A stretch of 64,000 nt of DNA, taken from NCBI GenBank assembly GCA_004562395.1, contig SFQY01000007.1, positions 13,272-77,271 of the forward strand, given 5' to 3'. Of this stretch, positions 29,065 through 38,724 are shown piece after piece (position 1 is the first letter of the stretch; the number at the start of each line of letters is the position of its first letter). The position numbers and the translations under genes were made by a program. The notes below the pieces were generated by a model. It searched no databases, was not told where the DNA came from, and saw only the letters and a program-made list of their open reading frames with translations. Origin of the DNA: a bacterium. Its GTDB lineage: Bacteria > Bacillota > Clostridia > Oscillospirales > Oscillospiraceae.

Positions 29065-29370
29065 ATGAAATACAAAGTGATCATCTCTGACAGAGCCAAA
29101 GAAATGCTCGGGCTGCACCTGCGTTTTCTGGCCCAGGTCAGCAGGCCGGCGGCAGTCAAACTGAAGCAGCGGTTTCTGGAGGAAATGCGCTCCCTGCAGG
29201 AAATGCCCCAGCGGTATCCGTTCTTCAATGAGGATTACATTCCCGTAAACAAGTATCACAAGCTGTATGTAGAAAACTGGTATCTCGTACTGTATCAGAT
29301 TCGCGATGACACGGTATATGTGGACTGGATTGTGGATTGCAGACAGGACTATCCGTGGCTGCTGAGATAG
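29065..29370 (+). CDS. Type II toxin, RelE/ParE family
   Basis: MKYKVIISDRA, SLQEMPQRYP, YLVLYQI, VDCRQDY; directly after the antitoxin. Confidence 0.88.
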   Translation: MKYKVIISDRAKEMLGLHLRFLAQVSRPAAVKLKQRFLEEMRSLQEMPQRYPFFNEDYIPVNKYHKLYVENWYLVLYQIRDDTVYVDWIVDCRQDYPWLLR

Positions 29371-29382
29371 GAGAATTGTATC

Positions 29383-29712
29383 ATGAGGTTATTCCGCCCG
29401 GTGGGTCAAGCAGAATATGACCTGATTGCTCAGTCAAACTTCACTGCCTTTCCGCCCAGATTGCCGGAACAGCCAATTTTCTACCCTGTGTTGTCTGAAC
29501 GGTATGCCTGGGAGATTTCAGAAAAATGGAATCGCCGTCATGCCGACTCACAATACACCGGTTACGTTACTACTTTTGAAATTGATGATGCCTATATTTC
29601 TGAATTTCCGGTACAAACAGTCGGCGCAAGCTATCATCAGGAACTTTGGATTCCGGCGGAAGAGCTTGCGCGTTTTAATCAACACATTATTGGAAAAATC
29701 CAAATTTTGTAG
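29383..29712 (+). CDS. Conserved small hypothetical protein (FPPRLPEQPIFYPVL family)
   Basis: LFRPVGQAE...FPPRLPEQPIFYPVL...HQELWIPAEEL; AGGAG RBS. Confidence 0.75.
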   Translation: MRLFRPVGQAEYDLIAQSNFTAFPPRLPEQPIFYPVLSERYAWEISEKWNRRHADSQYTGYVTTFEIDDAYISEFPVQTVGASYHQELWIPAEELARFNQHIIGKIQIL

Positions 29713-29725
29713 GTATCATCACTTA

Positions 29726-29800
29726 ACCCATGTGCCGGTCAATGATCCCACCGCAGGGTACGGCATTCGTATCGAAAACATGCTGGCCGCGGTGGGGTAA
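29726..29800 (+). repeat. Second diverged copy of the spoIVB 3' end (THVPVNDPTAGYGIRIENMLAAVG*)
   Basis: 18/24 aa identical to the SpoIVB C-terminus, same stop position. Confidence 0.92.
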
Positions 29801-29883
29801 TTTCCAGACAGGAGCAGATTTTGCCCCTGTCTTTTTTTGGCATCCTATGTTATACTGAAAATAGGAAAAGGAGGGAACGCGCA

Positions 29884-30624
29884 ATGAAAAAGACGATAGG
29901 ATGGATCCTGGTGATTGCAGGAGGGTTCTTTTGCGTTGTTGGTGTGCTATGTGTTCCTGTGGCATTTACTGCGGACAATATCCCATTTGGAGAGCGCATC
30001 GCTGTGCTGGTATCGTTCCTGGCCATAGCGGCTGTCAACGGTTTGATTTGTTGGCTGGGCTTTCGGCTCAAGTCCGCCAAAAAAGACGCCAGAAAGCAGA
30101 AGACTGTGGATCAATGGATGACATCGCAGCTGCCGGCCCTGTATTTACAGAAAAACAAAACGGTTTACCGCAATCAGTATATTGGGCGTCTGGAAAGCAT
30201 TGGTTTCCAAAGGGAAGATGCCAAAAAGATATTTGATTTTGAGTGTGAAGTGATCCGGAAGTTCCCAAAGCCGTATTTGCTGCAGCCGCAGTTTACAAAA
30301 ATGTGGTTTTTTGGTCTGAAGCAGCCATTCTTCCGGCAGTATCCAAAAACCAAGGAGGATATTCTGAAAGAGCGATATTTGACTGTCAGTGAGCTGTGCA
30401 AGATCATCGATGAAGCGGAGTGGCATTTCTGGAACAGCCATGAAAGAGAGCTTCCTGACGGCGTATGGCAGGAAATCTGTGAATGGCGCTTGAAAGGACC
30501 CGGAGCCGAATTCGCGATCCGCTATTTTGAGATGATTGAGAAAGCGACTGGCATTCTGGAAGGAAGCCTTGCGGAATTGTCATCGGAACAAGGAAGACAT
30601 TTAAGTCAGTATAAATGGAGATAA
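29884..30624 (+). CDS. Hypothetical protein with two N-terminal TM helices (cassette 3)
   Basis: GGAGG RBS, TATACT -10 upstream; AT-richer than core genes. Confidence 0.7.
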   Translation: MKKTIGWILVIAGGFFCVVGVLCVPVAFTADNIPFGERIAVLVSFLAIAAVNGLICWLGFRLKSAKKDARKQKTVDQWMTSQLPALYLQKNKTVYRNQYIGRLESIGFQREDAKKIFDFECEVIRKFPKPYLLQPQFTKMWFFGLKQPFFRQYPKTKEDILKERYLTVSELCKIIDEAEWHFWNSHERELPDGVWQEICEWRLKGPGAEFAIRYFEMIEKATGILEGSLAELSSEQGRHLSQYKWR

Positions 30625-30630
30625 ATTCGT

Positions 30631-30890
30631 AAATGATCGTTTACGCTCGCCCCCCCAAAAAAACCTTCCCCCTCGGGGGAAGGTGCCCCAGTTCGCTTTC
30701 CTGGGGCGGATGAGGGGCTAGCGTGCCGAATTTTTCTCCGTACCAAAACAGAAGTACAAGGTCGAAAGTATCCCCTTTTGTCGTTACCACCTCAGAAATC
30801 TCTACGTTCTCCCCTCATCCGTCACGGCTTCGCCGTGCCACCTTCCCCCGAGGGGGAAGGTTTTGGGGGTGCAAACATAAACGATCATTT
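30631..30890. repeat. REP-like element, family B (CCTTCCCCCTCGGGGGAAGG...GGATGAGGGG and its inverse) inside perfect AAATGATCGTTT/AAACGATCATTT ends
   Basis: Nested palindromes; perfect 12-bp terminal inverted repeat. Confidence 0.85.
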
Positions 30891-31095
30891 AGTCGATAAG
30901 CACAAAAGTTTTTTAGTGTTCAGGACTGTGGTCCCCGAAAATCTGACCGCGGCAGAAGCGGTAAAGCGGGAAAAGTTCCCTATACCGGAAGGAAACTATC
31001 GGTCGAGTCAAGGAAACTACGGGTCGGTTGAGAAATCCGGAGGAAAATGGTATGATATTCCCGTCAAAACCAACCATGGAAAGGATGCATATCAT

Positions 31096-31488
31096 ATGAA
31101 ACAGACCCTTGGTATGATGATCGCGCAGCTCAGGAAGCAGAAGGGTATGACCCAGCTGTAGCTGGCTGAAAAGATGGGAGTAACCGATAAGGCCGTGTCC
31201 AAATGGGAGCGTGATCTGTCCTGCCCGGATATCAACTCGCTTCCGACTCTGGCGGAAACGCTGGGGGGTTCCGTGGAAGAGCTGATGCAGATCAAGAAGA
31301 AGGCCGAGACGCCCAAAGCAAGCGTTTCGGAAATCGTGGAAACCGTGCTGAAGGGCATCGCTCTGGCAATGGGAGTGACGGTGACCGTACTGACGATCCT
31401 GGATGCGGTGGATGCCAAGTCCGGCATGATCCTGCTGGGCCTTGGCCTGACTTGCGCGGGGATTTCCCTGATGAACGGCAAAAAATAA
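31096..31488 (+). pseudogene. XRE-family HTH regulator with C-terminal TM helices, interrupted by in-frame TAG at 31159-31161
   Basis: MKQTLGMMIAQLRKQKGMTQL*LAEKMGVTDKAVSKWERDLSCPDI. Confidence 0.85.
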
Positions 31489-31742
31489 GTCTGCGCGGAA
31501 GCGGTTGTCTTCCCCCGCGGCGGCTGCCCCCATGAAAATGGCCCGTATCGGGACCGTTTTGTGGAGGCAGTTTTTCTGTTCCCGGTTGAAGTCGGAAAAG
31601 GATTCGGTTATAATGAAATCAGCTTTTTTCCCTTTGGAGCGCTGCTTCGGGTGCGCGGAGGAAAAAGCCGCCATGGATGGGATCTGGGTCCGGATCGGTT
31701 TCCGCGCGTTCCGCCGCGCAATTTCTGACAGTTTGAAAGGAT

Positions 31743-32876
31743 ATGGGGGTTATGGGAAGGACATATTGCAGCATTCATGTCTGGTCTACAGAGCCTGTTG
31801 CCAACGGCGATTTTCGCTTCCAGAGCTTTTCCTCGGGATGGCAAACGTATCTGCCGGAGTGTGATGACTTTTCGAATCCGGAGGTCGCCCAGAAGATTGC
31901 CAGGAAAATATCCAAATCCACGCAGGCACCGGTATTGTGGTTTTATGAAGCGGATGGGGATTTTCTCTGCCTGAAATTCTATTTGGACGGAAAGCAATTT
32001 GCCAGCTACTCCGGTGACGGTATCGGCCCCAATAAAAACCTGTTTCAGATCCCGCAGCTGATCGGGTATGAGGAGGGGCAGAAACGCCGGTTCTCCAGGA
32101 TCCTGAACTGTTCGGACCCGGAGCTTCAGATCCCGCTGCTGGAAGAATTTTTTGGCGTGTGCCTGCTGCCGGTTCCGGAATGGCCGGAAGAAGATGCTCC
32201 GTCTGTTTCACGAACCCGCGGCGATTCCCGCTTCCGAGAGTTTGCAGAGGCGGAGAAGCTGCTTATGGGCAAACATGCTCCGGTCCGGGCGGAAATGGTA
32301 CAGGAGCTGGAAGGGATCCTCCGGGATGCCGATTGGGAGTATCTGTGGTTTCCGGAAAGCCCCAAAGGGCCGCTTCCTCATTTCAGGACCCATTACTACC
32401 TGCTCAGCAAGGCCAGAGCAACAGGCGCTGAGAGTGTGCCGGTTTGTTTCCGAAACGGGCAAATTGAGCGCATTTCCCCGGAGGAAATGCGCAGGGAAGG
32501 GGCGGATCAACCCTATCCCCATCGGTGGATCGGAGAGGATCCCCGGTTCAGGCAGGAGTTCTGCCCTGATAGGTTGGTATTTGCCGATACCGCCCCGGCT
32601 GCGTACGCCGGAAGGGAAATGCGGCTCCCCGGGGGCTTCTATGGCCTGGGGTTTGACGGGAAGAAACGGCTGGTGCTGCATGATGACAGACAAACCTTCG
32701 CCATCGTGGACGAGAACCTGAAAATCGTCGCGAAACAGCGGCTGAAAGGGGATATCAGGGACATCGATGGCGATTATATCCTGACTGTGGGGGAGAAAGG
32801 GATCACCGGCACGATCAGAGTGTACCGGATGGTTGACGGAAAAAATACAAATCATTCTGCCATGGGCGGAATATGA
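31743..32876 (+). CDS. Hypothetical protein
   Basis: 377-aa ORF, colinear with neighbours; start could be 31752; no recognised family. Confidence 0.65.
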   Translation: MGVMGRTYCSIHVWSTEPVANGDFRFQSFSSGWQTYLPECDDFSNPEVAQKIARKISKSTQAPVLWFYEADGDFLCLKFYLDGKQFASYSGDGIGPNKNLFQIPQLIGYEEGQKRRFSRILNCSDPELQIPLLEEFFGVCLLPVPEWPEEDAPSVSRTRGDSRFREFAEAEKLLMGKHAPVRAEMVQELEGILRDADWEYLWFPESPKGPLPHFRTHYYLLSKARATGAESVPVCFRNGQIERISPEEMRREGADQPYPHRWIGEDPRFRQEFCPDRLVFADTAPAAYAGREMRLPGGFYGLGFDGKKRLVLHDDRQTFAIVDENLKIVAKQRLKGDIRDIDGDYILTVGEKGITGTIRVYRMVDGKNTNHSAMGGI

Positions 32877-32898
32877 ATGGAACACGGAGGATGGACGG

Positions 32899-33249
32899 AT
32901 GCGGATAACCATTGACGCCCTGGAAGCCTATTTGGACAAGCTGTACGGCGGCCGGGGAAACGAGCAGGGGCTGTTCATGAAGCTGGTGGAAGAAATTGGA
33001 GAGGTGGCGGAAATTCTCAACAAGCGAACCGGACGAAAAGCGTCGGAGGGCTCCGATCTGCAGGCGGAGCTGGGAAGGGAGCTGGCGGATGTCATCCATT
33101 ACGCCGCAGCCATCGCGGCAGTGAACAAGCTGGATCTGAATGACATCATCCTTGAGAAGGACAGATCCGCAGCCGTGAAGTATCATCATGAGATCAATCT
33201 GGAGTCCTTCCTTCTGGAGTGCTGCGATCAGCTGCTTCCGGGGGAGTGA
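32899..33249 (+). CDS. MazG-like nucleotide pyrophosphohydrolase
   Basis: KLVEEIGEVAE and ELADV motifs; GGAGG RBS. Confidence 0.85.
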   Translation: MRITIDALEAYLDKLYGGRGNEQGLFMKLVEEIGEVAEILNKRTGRKASEGSDLQAELGRELADVIHYAAAIAAVNKLDLNDIILEKDRSAAVKYHHEINLESFLLECCDQLLPGE

Positions 33250-33401
33250 ACAACTGGTTTTTTCGGCCGTTTTTAGGAGAAGTTTGTACATGTACAATTT
33301 TTCTTTGCGTAATTTGGCGATTTTGTCCACTTGACCGGTAGCGGCTACCGGGTGATACACTATGTGTATACCAGATTTTTACGGGATAAAGGAGTCTGAA
33401 C

Positions 33402-34574
33402 ATGATCTACAGAGATTTTCAGGGAGAGAAGCTGTCGCTGCTGGGCTTCGGCACCATGCGCCTGCCAACCAACCCCGACGGCAGCATTGATGAAGAACAG
33501 GTCCGCCGGATGACCCGCTATGCCATGGACCACGGCGTGAACTATTTTGACACTGCCTATCCTTACCACAACGGCAACTCGGAGCGGGTCATTGGCCGGG
33601 TGCTGAAGGACTATCCCCGGGACAGTTACTATCTTGCCACCAAGTATCCGGGCCATCAGATCCTGAGCAGCGGCTACAACCCTGCCGAAATATTTGAAGA
33701 ACAGCTGCGCAAGTGCGATGTGGAGTATTTTGACTTCTATCTTCTGCACAATGTGTATGAAAAGTCCATGGAGACCTATCTGGATCCCAGGTGGGGCATC
33801 ATCGACTATTTCAAGGAGCAGAAGCGCCTGGGAAGGATCCGGCATCTGGGCTTCAGCTGCCATGCCCAGACCCAGGGCCTGAAGGAATTTCTGGACATCT
33901 GCGGCGGCGATATGGAATTCTGCCAGGTCCAGATGAACTATCTGGACTGGACTTTGCAGGATGCCAAGGGAAAATATGAGCTGCTGACGGAGCGGGGAAT
34001 TCCCGTCTGGGTCATGGAGCCTGTCCGGGGCGGCAAGCTGGCAAAGCTCGGGGAAGCCGAGGAAGCAAAGCTGAAGGCCCTCCGTCCGGAGGAATCCACC
34101 GCCGCCTGGGGCTTCCGGTTCCTGCAGGGCCTGCCCAATGTGACGGTGGTCCTCAGCGGTATGTCCAACATGGCCCAGATGGAGGACAATGTAAAGACCT
34201 TCTCCCAGGGTCAGCCTCTGAGCCGGGAGGAAACTGGGCTCCTGCTGGAGATCGCCGAGGGCATGAAGGACTCCGTCCCCTGTACCGCCTGCCGCTACTG
34301 CTGCGACGGCTGCCCCAAGGGGCTGGACATCCCCGGCTTTATCCGTACCTACAATGAGCTTCGGGTGGCCCCCACCACCAACGCGGCCATGCGGATCGAA
34401 TTTATGCCCGAGGACAAGAAGCCCTCGGCCTGCATCGGCTGTGGGAAATGCGCCCGGGTCTGCCCCCAGAACATCGACATCCCCGGCGTTATGAAGGACC
34501 TGACGGAACGGATCCGCAAGCTTCCCAGCTGGGCGGAGATCTGCCGCCAGCGGGAAGCCGCTGCCAGGAAATAA
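33402..34574 (+). CDS. Aldo/keto reductase with C-terminal 4Fe-4S dicluster
   Basis: LGFGTMRLP, YFDTAYPY, FYLLH, MEPVRGG, CTACRYC, CIGCGKCARVCP. Confidence 0.92.
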   Translation: MIYRDFQGEKLSLLGFGTMRLPTNPDGSIDEEQVRRMTRYAMDHGVNYFDTAYPYHNGNSERVIGRVLKDYPRDSYYLATKYPGHQILSSGYNPAEIFEEQLRKCDVEYFDFYLLHNVYEKSMETYLDPRWGIIDYFKEQKRLGRIRHLGFSCHAQTQGLKEFLDICGGDMEFCQVQMNYLDWTLQDAKGKYELLTERGIPVWVMEPVRGGKLAKLGEAEEAKLKALRPEESTAAWGFRFLQGLPNVTVVLSGMSNMAQMEDNVKTFSQGQPLSREETGLLLEIAEGMKDSVPCTACRYCCDGCPKGLDIPGFIRTYNELRVAPTTNAAMRIEFMPEDKKPSACIGCGKCARVCPQNIDIPGVMKDLTERIRKLPSWAEICRQREAAARK

Positions 34575-34589
34575 AGGGTGGCTGCGATT

Positions 34590-34736
34590 ATGGAATTTAC
34601 CCGGAACAACGGTGTCCGGATGCCGGCAGTGGGCATCGGCACCTTCCTGATGCGCCCGGAACAGGCGGAGCAGGCGGTCTGCACCGCACTGGAAATGGGC
34701 TATCCCATGATCGACACCGACAACGCGTACAAATAG
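34590..34736 (+). pseudogene. N-terminal fragment of an aldo/keto reductase (DkgA-like)
   Basis: MEFTRNNGVRMPAVGIGTF...GYPMIDTDNAYK*, ending at the edge of a repeat. Confidence 0.8.
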
Positions 34737-34903
34737 CACAAAGGGAAAGAAAAAACTGTCATTCCGAGCCATCCCGCAGGATGGCGTGGGAATCCCCCGG
34801 TTAGAAGGGAAACTTCTGATAATTGCCCTAAAAACCGGGGGATTGCCACACCAGTGACTGCGGTCACTGGTTCGCAATGACAGTTCTTTTATTTGTACAA
34901 TTT
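34731..34903. repeat. Palindromic element, family D (TGTCATTCCGAG...TCGCAATGACA)
   Basis: AACTGTCATT/AATGACAGTT and GGGAATCCCC/GGGGATTGCC inverted pairs; outer ends AAATAGCACAAA/TTTGTACAATTT. Confidence 0.8.
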
Positions 34904-34987
34904 AACTTTAGTGAGGCAGCCCCTTTTCTTTTTGCCAGCCTGCCGGCGCTGCCGGGCGATGTTCCCGCGGCGGAAGGTGTCTGGGGT

Positions 34988-36253
34988 TTATTGGAAGATT
35001 TCTCCGGCGGCGGCGATGATCCGGCGGATTTCGGTGTCCGTGTGGGCGCTGCTGAGGAACAGGGCTTCGAACTGGCTGGGGGCGGCGTAGATGCCCCGTG
35101 ACAGGAGGCCGTGGTACCACTGACGGAACCGGGTCAGGTCCGAGGAACGGGCCTGGTCGTAGCCGGTAACCGGCTGCTCCGTGAAGAACACCGTCAGCAG
35201 AGAGCCTACCCGGTTGACCTGAACGGGGATGCCGGACAGAGCATCCTTCAGGCCTTCTTCCAACAGAGCGCCTTTCCGTTCCAGTTCGGTGTAGATTTCC
35301 GGATTGTTTTTCAGAATCCGCAGCTGGGCAAGGCCTGCCGCCATGGCCACGGGATTGCCGGACAGGGTGCCCGCCTGATACACGGGGCCCAGGGGCGCTA
35401 CCAGCTCCATCAGCTTCCGGCTGCCGCCGTAGGCACCTACCGGCATGCCGCCGCCGATGATCTTGCCGTAGGTTACCAGATCCGCCCGGACGCCGTAGTA
35501 TTCCTGAGCGCCGCCGGGGGCCAGACGGAAGCCGGTGATGACCTCATCGAAGATCAGCAGCGCACCGGATTCGTCGCAGAGTTTACGCAGCCCCTGCAGG
35601 AAGCCGGGCTGGGGAGGCACCACGCCCATATTGGCTGCCACGGGCTCCACGATCACCGCCGCCACCTGGCCGGGATTGGCGTTCAGCAACCCCTCCACAC
35701 TGGCCAGGTCATTGTAGGAGGCGGTCAGGGTGTCCCCGGCGATCTCCTTTGGGACTCCCGCGGAATCCGGCGCGCCGCCGGTGAGAGCGCCGGAACCGGC
35801 CTTCACCAGCATGGAGTCGGAGTGGCCGTGATAGCAGCCTGCAAACTTGATGATCTTGCTGCGGCCTGTGGCTCCCCGGGCGAGACGGAGGGCGGACATC
35901 ACTGCCTCGGTGCCGGAGTTGACCATGCGGACCATCTCCACGCCGGTCATCTGGCAGACCAGCTCTGCCATCTCCACCTCCGCCGCCGTGGGGGCGCCGA
36001 AGCTCAGACCTTTTTTGACGGCGTCCAGAACGGCCCGCTCCACTTCCTCCCGGCAGTGGCCCAGGATCAGGGGGCCCCAGGAGCCGATGAGGTCAATATA
36101 TTCGTTTCCGTCCACGTCCCAGACGTGGCTTCCCAGGCCCCGGTCCAGGAACCGGGGATAGGTGCCCACGGAACGGCAGGCCCGCACCGGGGAATTGACG
36201 CCCCCGGGCAGTACCCGCTGGGCCGCGTCGAAAAGCTGTTCAGAGCGTGTCAT
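34988..36253 (-). CDS. hemL: Glutamate-1-semialdehyde 2,1-aminomutase
   Basis: [41 protein letters not shown]. Confidence 0.96.
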   Translation of the reverse strand: MTRSEQLFDAAQRVLPGGVNSPVRACRSVGTYPRFLDRGLGSHVWDVDGNEYIDLIGSWGPLILGHCREEVERAVLDAVKKGLSFGAPTAAEVEMAELVCQMTGVEMVRMVNSGTEAVMSALRLARGATGRSKIIKFAGCYHGHSDSMLVKAGSGALTGGAPDSAGVPKEIAGDTLTASYNDLASVEGLLNANPGQVAAVIVEPVAANMGVVPPQPGFLQGLRKLCDESGALLIFDEVITGFRLAPGGAQEYYGVRADLVTYGKIIGGGMPVGAYGGSRKLMELVAPLGPVYQAGTLSGNPVAMAAGLAQLRILKNNPEIYTELERKGALLEEGLKDALSGIPVQVNRVGSLLTVFFTEQPVTGYDQARSSDLTRFRQWYHGLLSRGIYAAPSQFEALFLSSAHTDTEIRRIIAAAGEIFQ

Positions 36254-37236
36254 CAGCCAAGATCTCCCTTCTCCATGGCCCGGGCCAGCTCCTTGGCGAA
36301 ATAGGTGATGAGGATATCCGCTCCCGCCCGGTAGACGGACAGGGCGCTTTCGCACATGACCCGGTATTCGTCAATGAGACCGGCCTGGCCCGCCGCCTTG
36401 ATCATGGCGTACTCGCCGCTGACGGAATAGGCCGCCAGAGGCAGATCAAAGGCGTCGGCGCACTCCCGGATGATGTCCAGGTAGCTCAGAGCGGGCTTGA
36501 CCATGAGAATATCCGCGCCCTCCTGCACGTCCAGGGCGCACTCCTTCAGGGCTTCCTTCCGGTTGTGGGGATCCATCTGATAGCCCCGGCGGTCGCCGAA
36601 GGCAGGAGCGGAACCGGCAGCCTCCCGGAAAGGGCCATAAAAGGCGGAGGCATATTTGGCGGAATAGGACATGATGGGCGTGTTCTCGAAGCCGTTTTCA
36701 TCCAGGACGGCCCGGATGGCGGCTACCCGGCCATCCATCATATCCGAGGGGGCTACCATGTCCGCTCCCGCCCGGACGTGGGACAGGGCGGTTTTGGCCA
36801 GGACCTCCAGGGTTTTGTCGTTGTCCACGGTGCGGCCGTGGAGGATTCCGCAGTGGCCGTGGTCGGTGTACTCGCACATGCACACGTCGGTGATGATGTA
36901 GCAGTCGGGATACTGAGCCTTGATGGCCCGGATGCCCTGCTGTACCACCCCCTCCGGATCCCAGGCGGAGGAACCGCACGCATCCTTATGGGCGGGGATG
37001 CCGAACAGCAGCACCCGGCGGACGCCGGCTTCCATGCAGGCGGCGATTTCCTCACAGATCCGGTCCGGGGAATAACGCCACTGACCGTCCAGGGAGGGGA
37101 TGGGCTCCCGGATATTGCTCCCCTCCACCAAAAACAGGGGATAGACCAGACTGTCCGGGGAGACTCTGGTTTCCCGCACCATGCGGCGCAGGCTGTCGCA
37201 GGTCCGCAGCCTGCGGGGACGAATGACAAGGTCCAT
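36253..37236 (-). CDS. hemB: Porphobilinogen synthase (Zn-type)
   Basis: [37 protein letters not shown]. Confidence 0.96.
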   Translation of the reverse strand: MDLVIRPRRLRTCDSLRRMVRETRVSPDSLVYPLFLVEGSNIREPIPSLDGQWRYSPDRICEEIAACMEAGVRRVLLFGIPAHKDACGSSAWDPEGVVQQGIRAIKAQYPDCYIITDVCMCEYTDHGHCGILHGRTVDNDKTLEVLAKTALSHVRAGADMVAPSDMMDGRVAAIRAVLDENGFENTPIMSYSAKYASAFYGPFREAAGSAPAFGDRRGYQMDPHNRKEALKECALDVQEGADILMVKPALSYLDIIRECADAFDLPLAAYSVSGEYAMIKAAGQAGLIDEYRVMCESALSVYRAGADILITYFAKELARAMEKGDLG

Positions 37237-37241
37237 ATTGA

Positions 37242-38717
37242 TCATGCTCCTTTGATGCATTCCAGAAGGGATTCCATGGTGGCCTCCCGGGCGACGGTGA
37301 CGGCAATGCCGAATTTTTTCGCTTCCTCAGCGGTCTGGGGGCCGATGCAGCAGCCCAGAACATTGGAAAGGTCAGCACCGGGAAGGCTTTCCACGAAGCC
37401 CCGGACGGTGGAGGCGCTGGTAAAGGTCACCAGCACCTTTCGCTTCAGCAGCTCCCCTACGGGAGCGTCCTCCGGAGCCTCATATACGGTATCATAACAC
37501 GGAATATCCTGGAAGGGAATCCCGTTTTTCGTGAAAATTTCCGGCAGGGCATCGCTTCCCCGGCTGGCCCGGCACAGAAGCACCGGCCCATCCACTTTGT
37601 CCATGGCCCGGGCCAGGTGCGCCGAGTCGAAGACCTCCGGCACCAGATCCGCCTGCAGGCCGAACCGCTCCAGCTGAGCCGCCGTTTTGGGTCCGATGGC
37701 CGCCAGCTTCAGCCCCGCCAGCGCCCGGGCGTCCCGGCCGGACTTTCGCAGCCTCCGGAAGAAGATCTCCGGACCCGCGGGACTGGTGAACACCAGCCAG
37801 CGGAAACGGTCCAGTCCGGCAATGGCCTCCTCCAGCTGGGGGCAGTCCTCCCGGGGAACCGTGCGGATGCAGGGATAGGCGGTGACGCTGGCACCCAGAG
37901 CCCGCAGAGACTGGCAGAGGGTCCCGCTGCGGTCTGCCGGACGGGTGACGATAATGTCCTTTCCCTTCAGGGGCAGGGCATCAAACCAGTCGAATTTATC
38001 GGACAGGGAACAGACCTTGCCCACCACGATCACGGCGGGGCTTTGTATCCGCGCTGCCGTTGCTTCGGAGGGCAGCTCCGTCAGGGTGGAGATGACCTTT
38101 CTCTGCCGGGGCAGGGTGCCCTGCTCTACCACGGCGGCAGGGGTTTCCGGGTCCATCCCCGCCTCCAGCAGCCCATGACAGATCCGGGGCAGGGTACCCA
38201 GACCCATCAGAAACACCAGCGTTCCGCCGGTGCGGCACAGCGCTTCAAAATCGATCCGCAGGGGAGCCCCGGCTTTGGCATGGCCGGTGACAATGTGTAC
38301 GCTGGAGCAGAAATCCCGGTGGGTCACGGGGATTCCGGCATAGGCAGGGGCCGCCAGCGCGGAGGTCACTCCGGGGACCACCTGGAAGGGAATTTTGTTC
38401 TGACAGAGCAGCTCCAGTTCTTCACCGCCCCGGCCGAACAGGAAGGGATCGCCGCCCTTCAGCCGCACCACCCGTTTGCCCTCCCGGGCTTTTTCCAGCA
38501 GAATTTCGTTGATCCGCTCCTGGGGAACCGGATGGTGTCCGGCCTCCTTGCCCACATTGATCCGTTCCGCCGGGGGAGGGATCAGAGCCAGAATCTCCGG
38601 GCTCACCAGCCGGTCGTAGACCACCACCTGGGCCTGTTCCAGGGCCTGACGGCCTTTTTCGGTCAGCAGACCGGGGTCTCCCGGTCCGGCGCCTACCAAA
38701 ATCACATTGCCCATCAT
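37242..38717 (-). CDS. cobA: Uroporphyrinogen-III C-methyltransferase / uroporphyrinogen-III synthase fusion (CobA-HemD)
   Basis: GAGPGDPGLLT, RLKGGDPFLFGRG; HemD motifs VTRP, VFTSP, AIGPKTA, TFTSAS. Confidence 0.94.
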   Translation of the reverse strand: MMGNVILVGAGPGDPGLLTEKGRQALEQAQVVVYDRLVSPEILALIPPPAERINVGKEAGHHPVPQERINEILLEKAREGKRVVRLKGGDPFLFGRGGEELELLCQNKIPFQVVPGVTSALAAPAYAGIPVTHRDFCSSVHIVTGHAKAGAPLRIDFEALCRTGGTLVFLMGLGTLPRICHGLLEAGMDPETPAAVVEQGTLPRQRKVISTLTELPSEATAARIQSPAVIVVGKVCSLSDKFDWFDALPLKGKDIIVTRPADRSGTLCQSLRALGASVTAYPCIRTVPREDCPQLEEAIAGLDRFRWLVFTSPAGPEIFFRRLRKSGRDARALAGLKLAAIGPKTAAQLERFGLQADLVPEVFDSAHLARAMDKVDGPVLLCRASRGSDALPEIFTKNGIPFQDIPCYDTVYEAPEDAPVGELLKRKVLVTFTSASTVRGFVESLPGADLSNVLGCCIGPQTAEEAKKFGIAVTVAREATMESLLECIKGA

Positions 38718-38724
38718 AGGCGTT

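Noticed and set aside
27702..29800. spoIVB tail repeats as a diversity-generating retroelement (template/variable repeats)
   Set aside because: No reverse transcriptase in the window and the differences are not adenine-specific.
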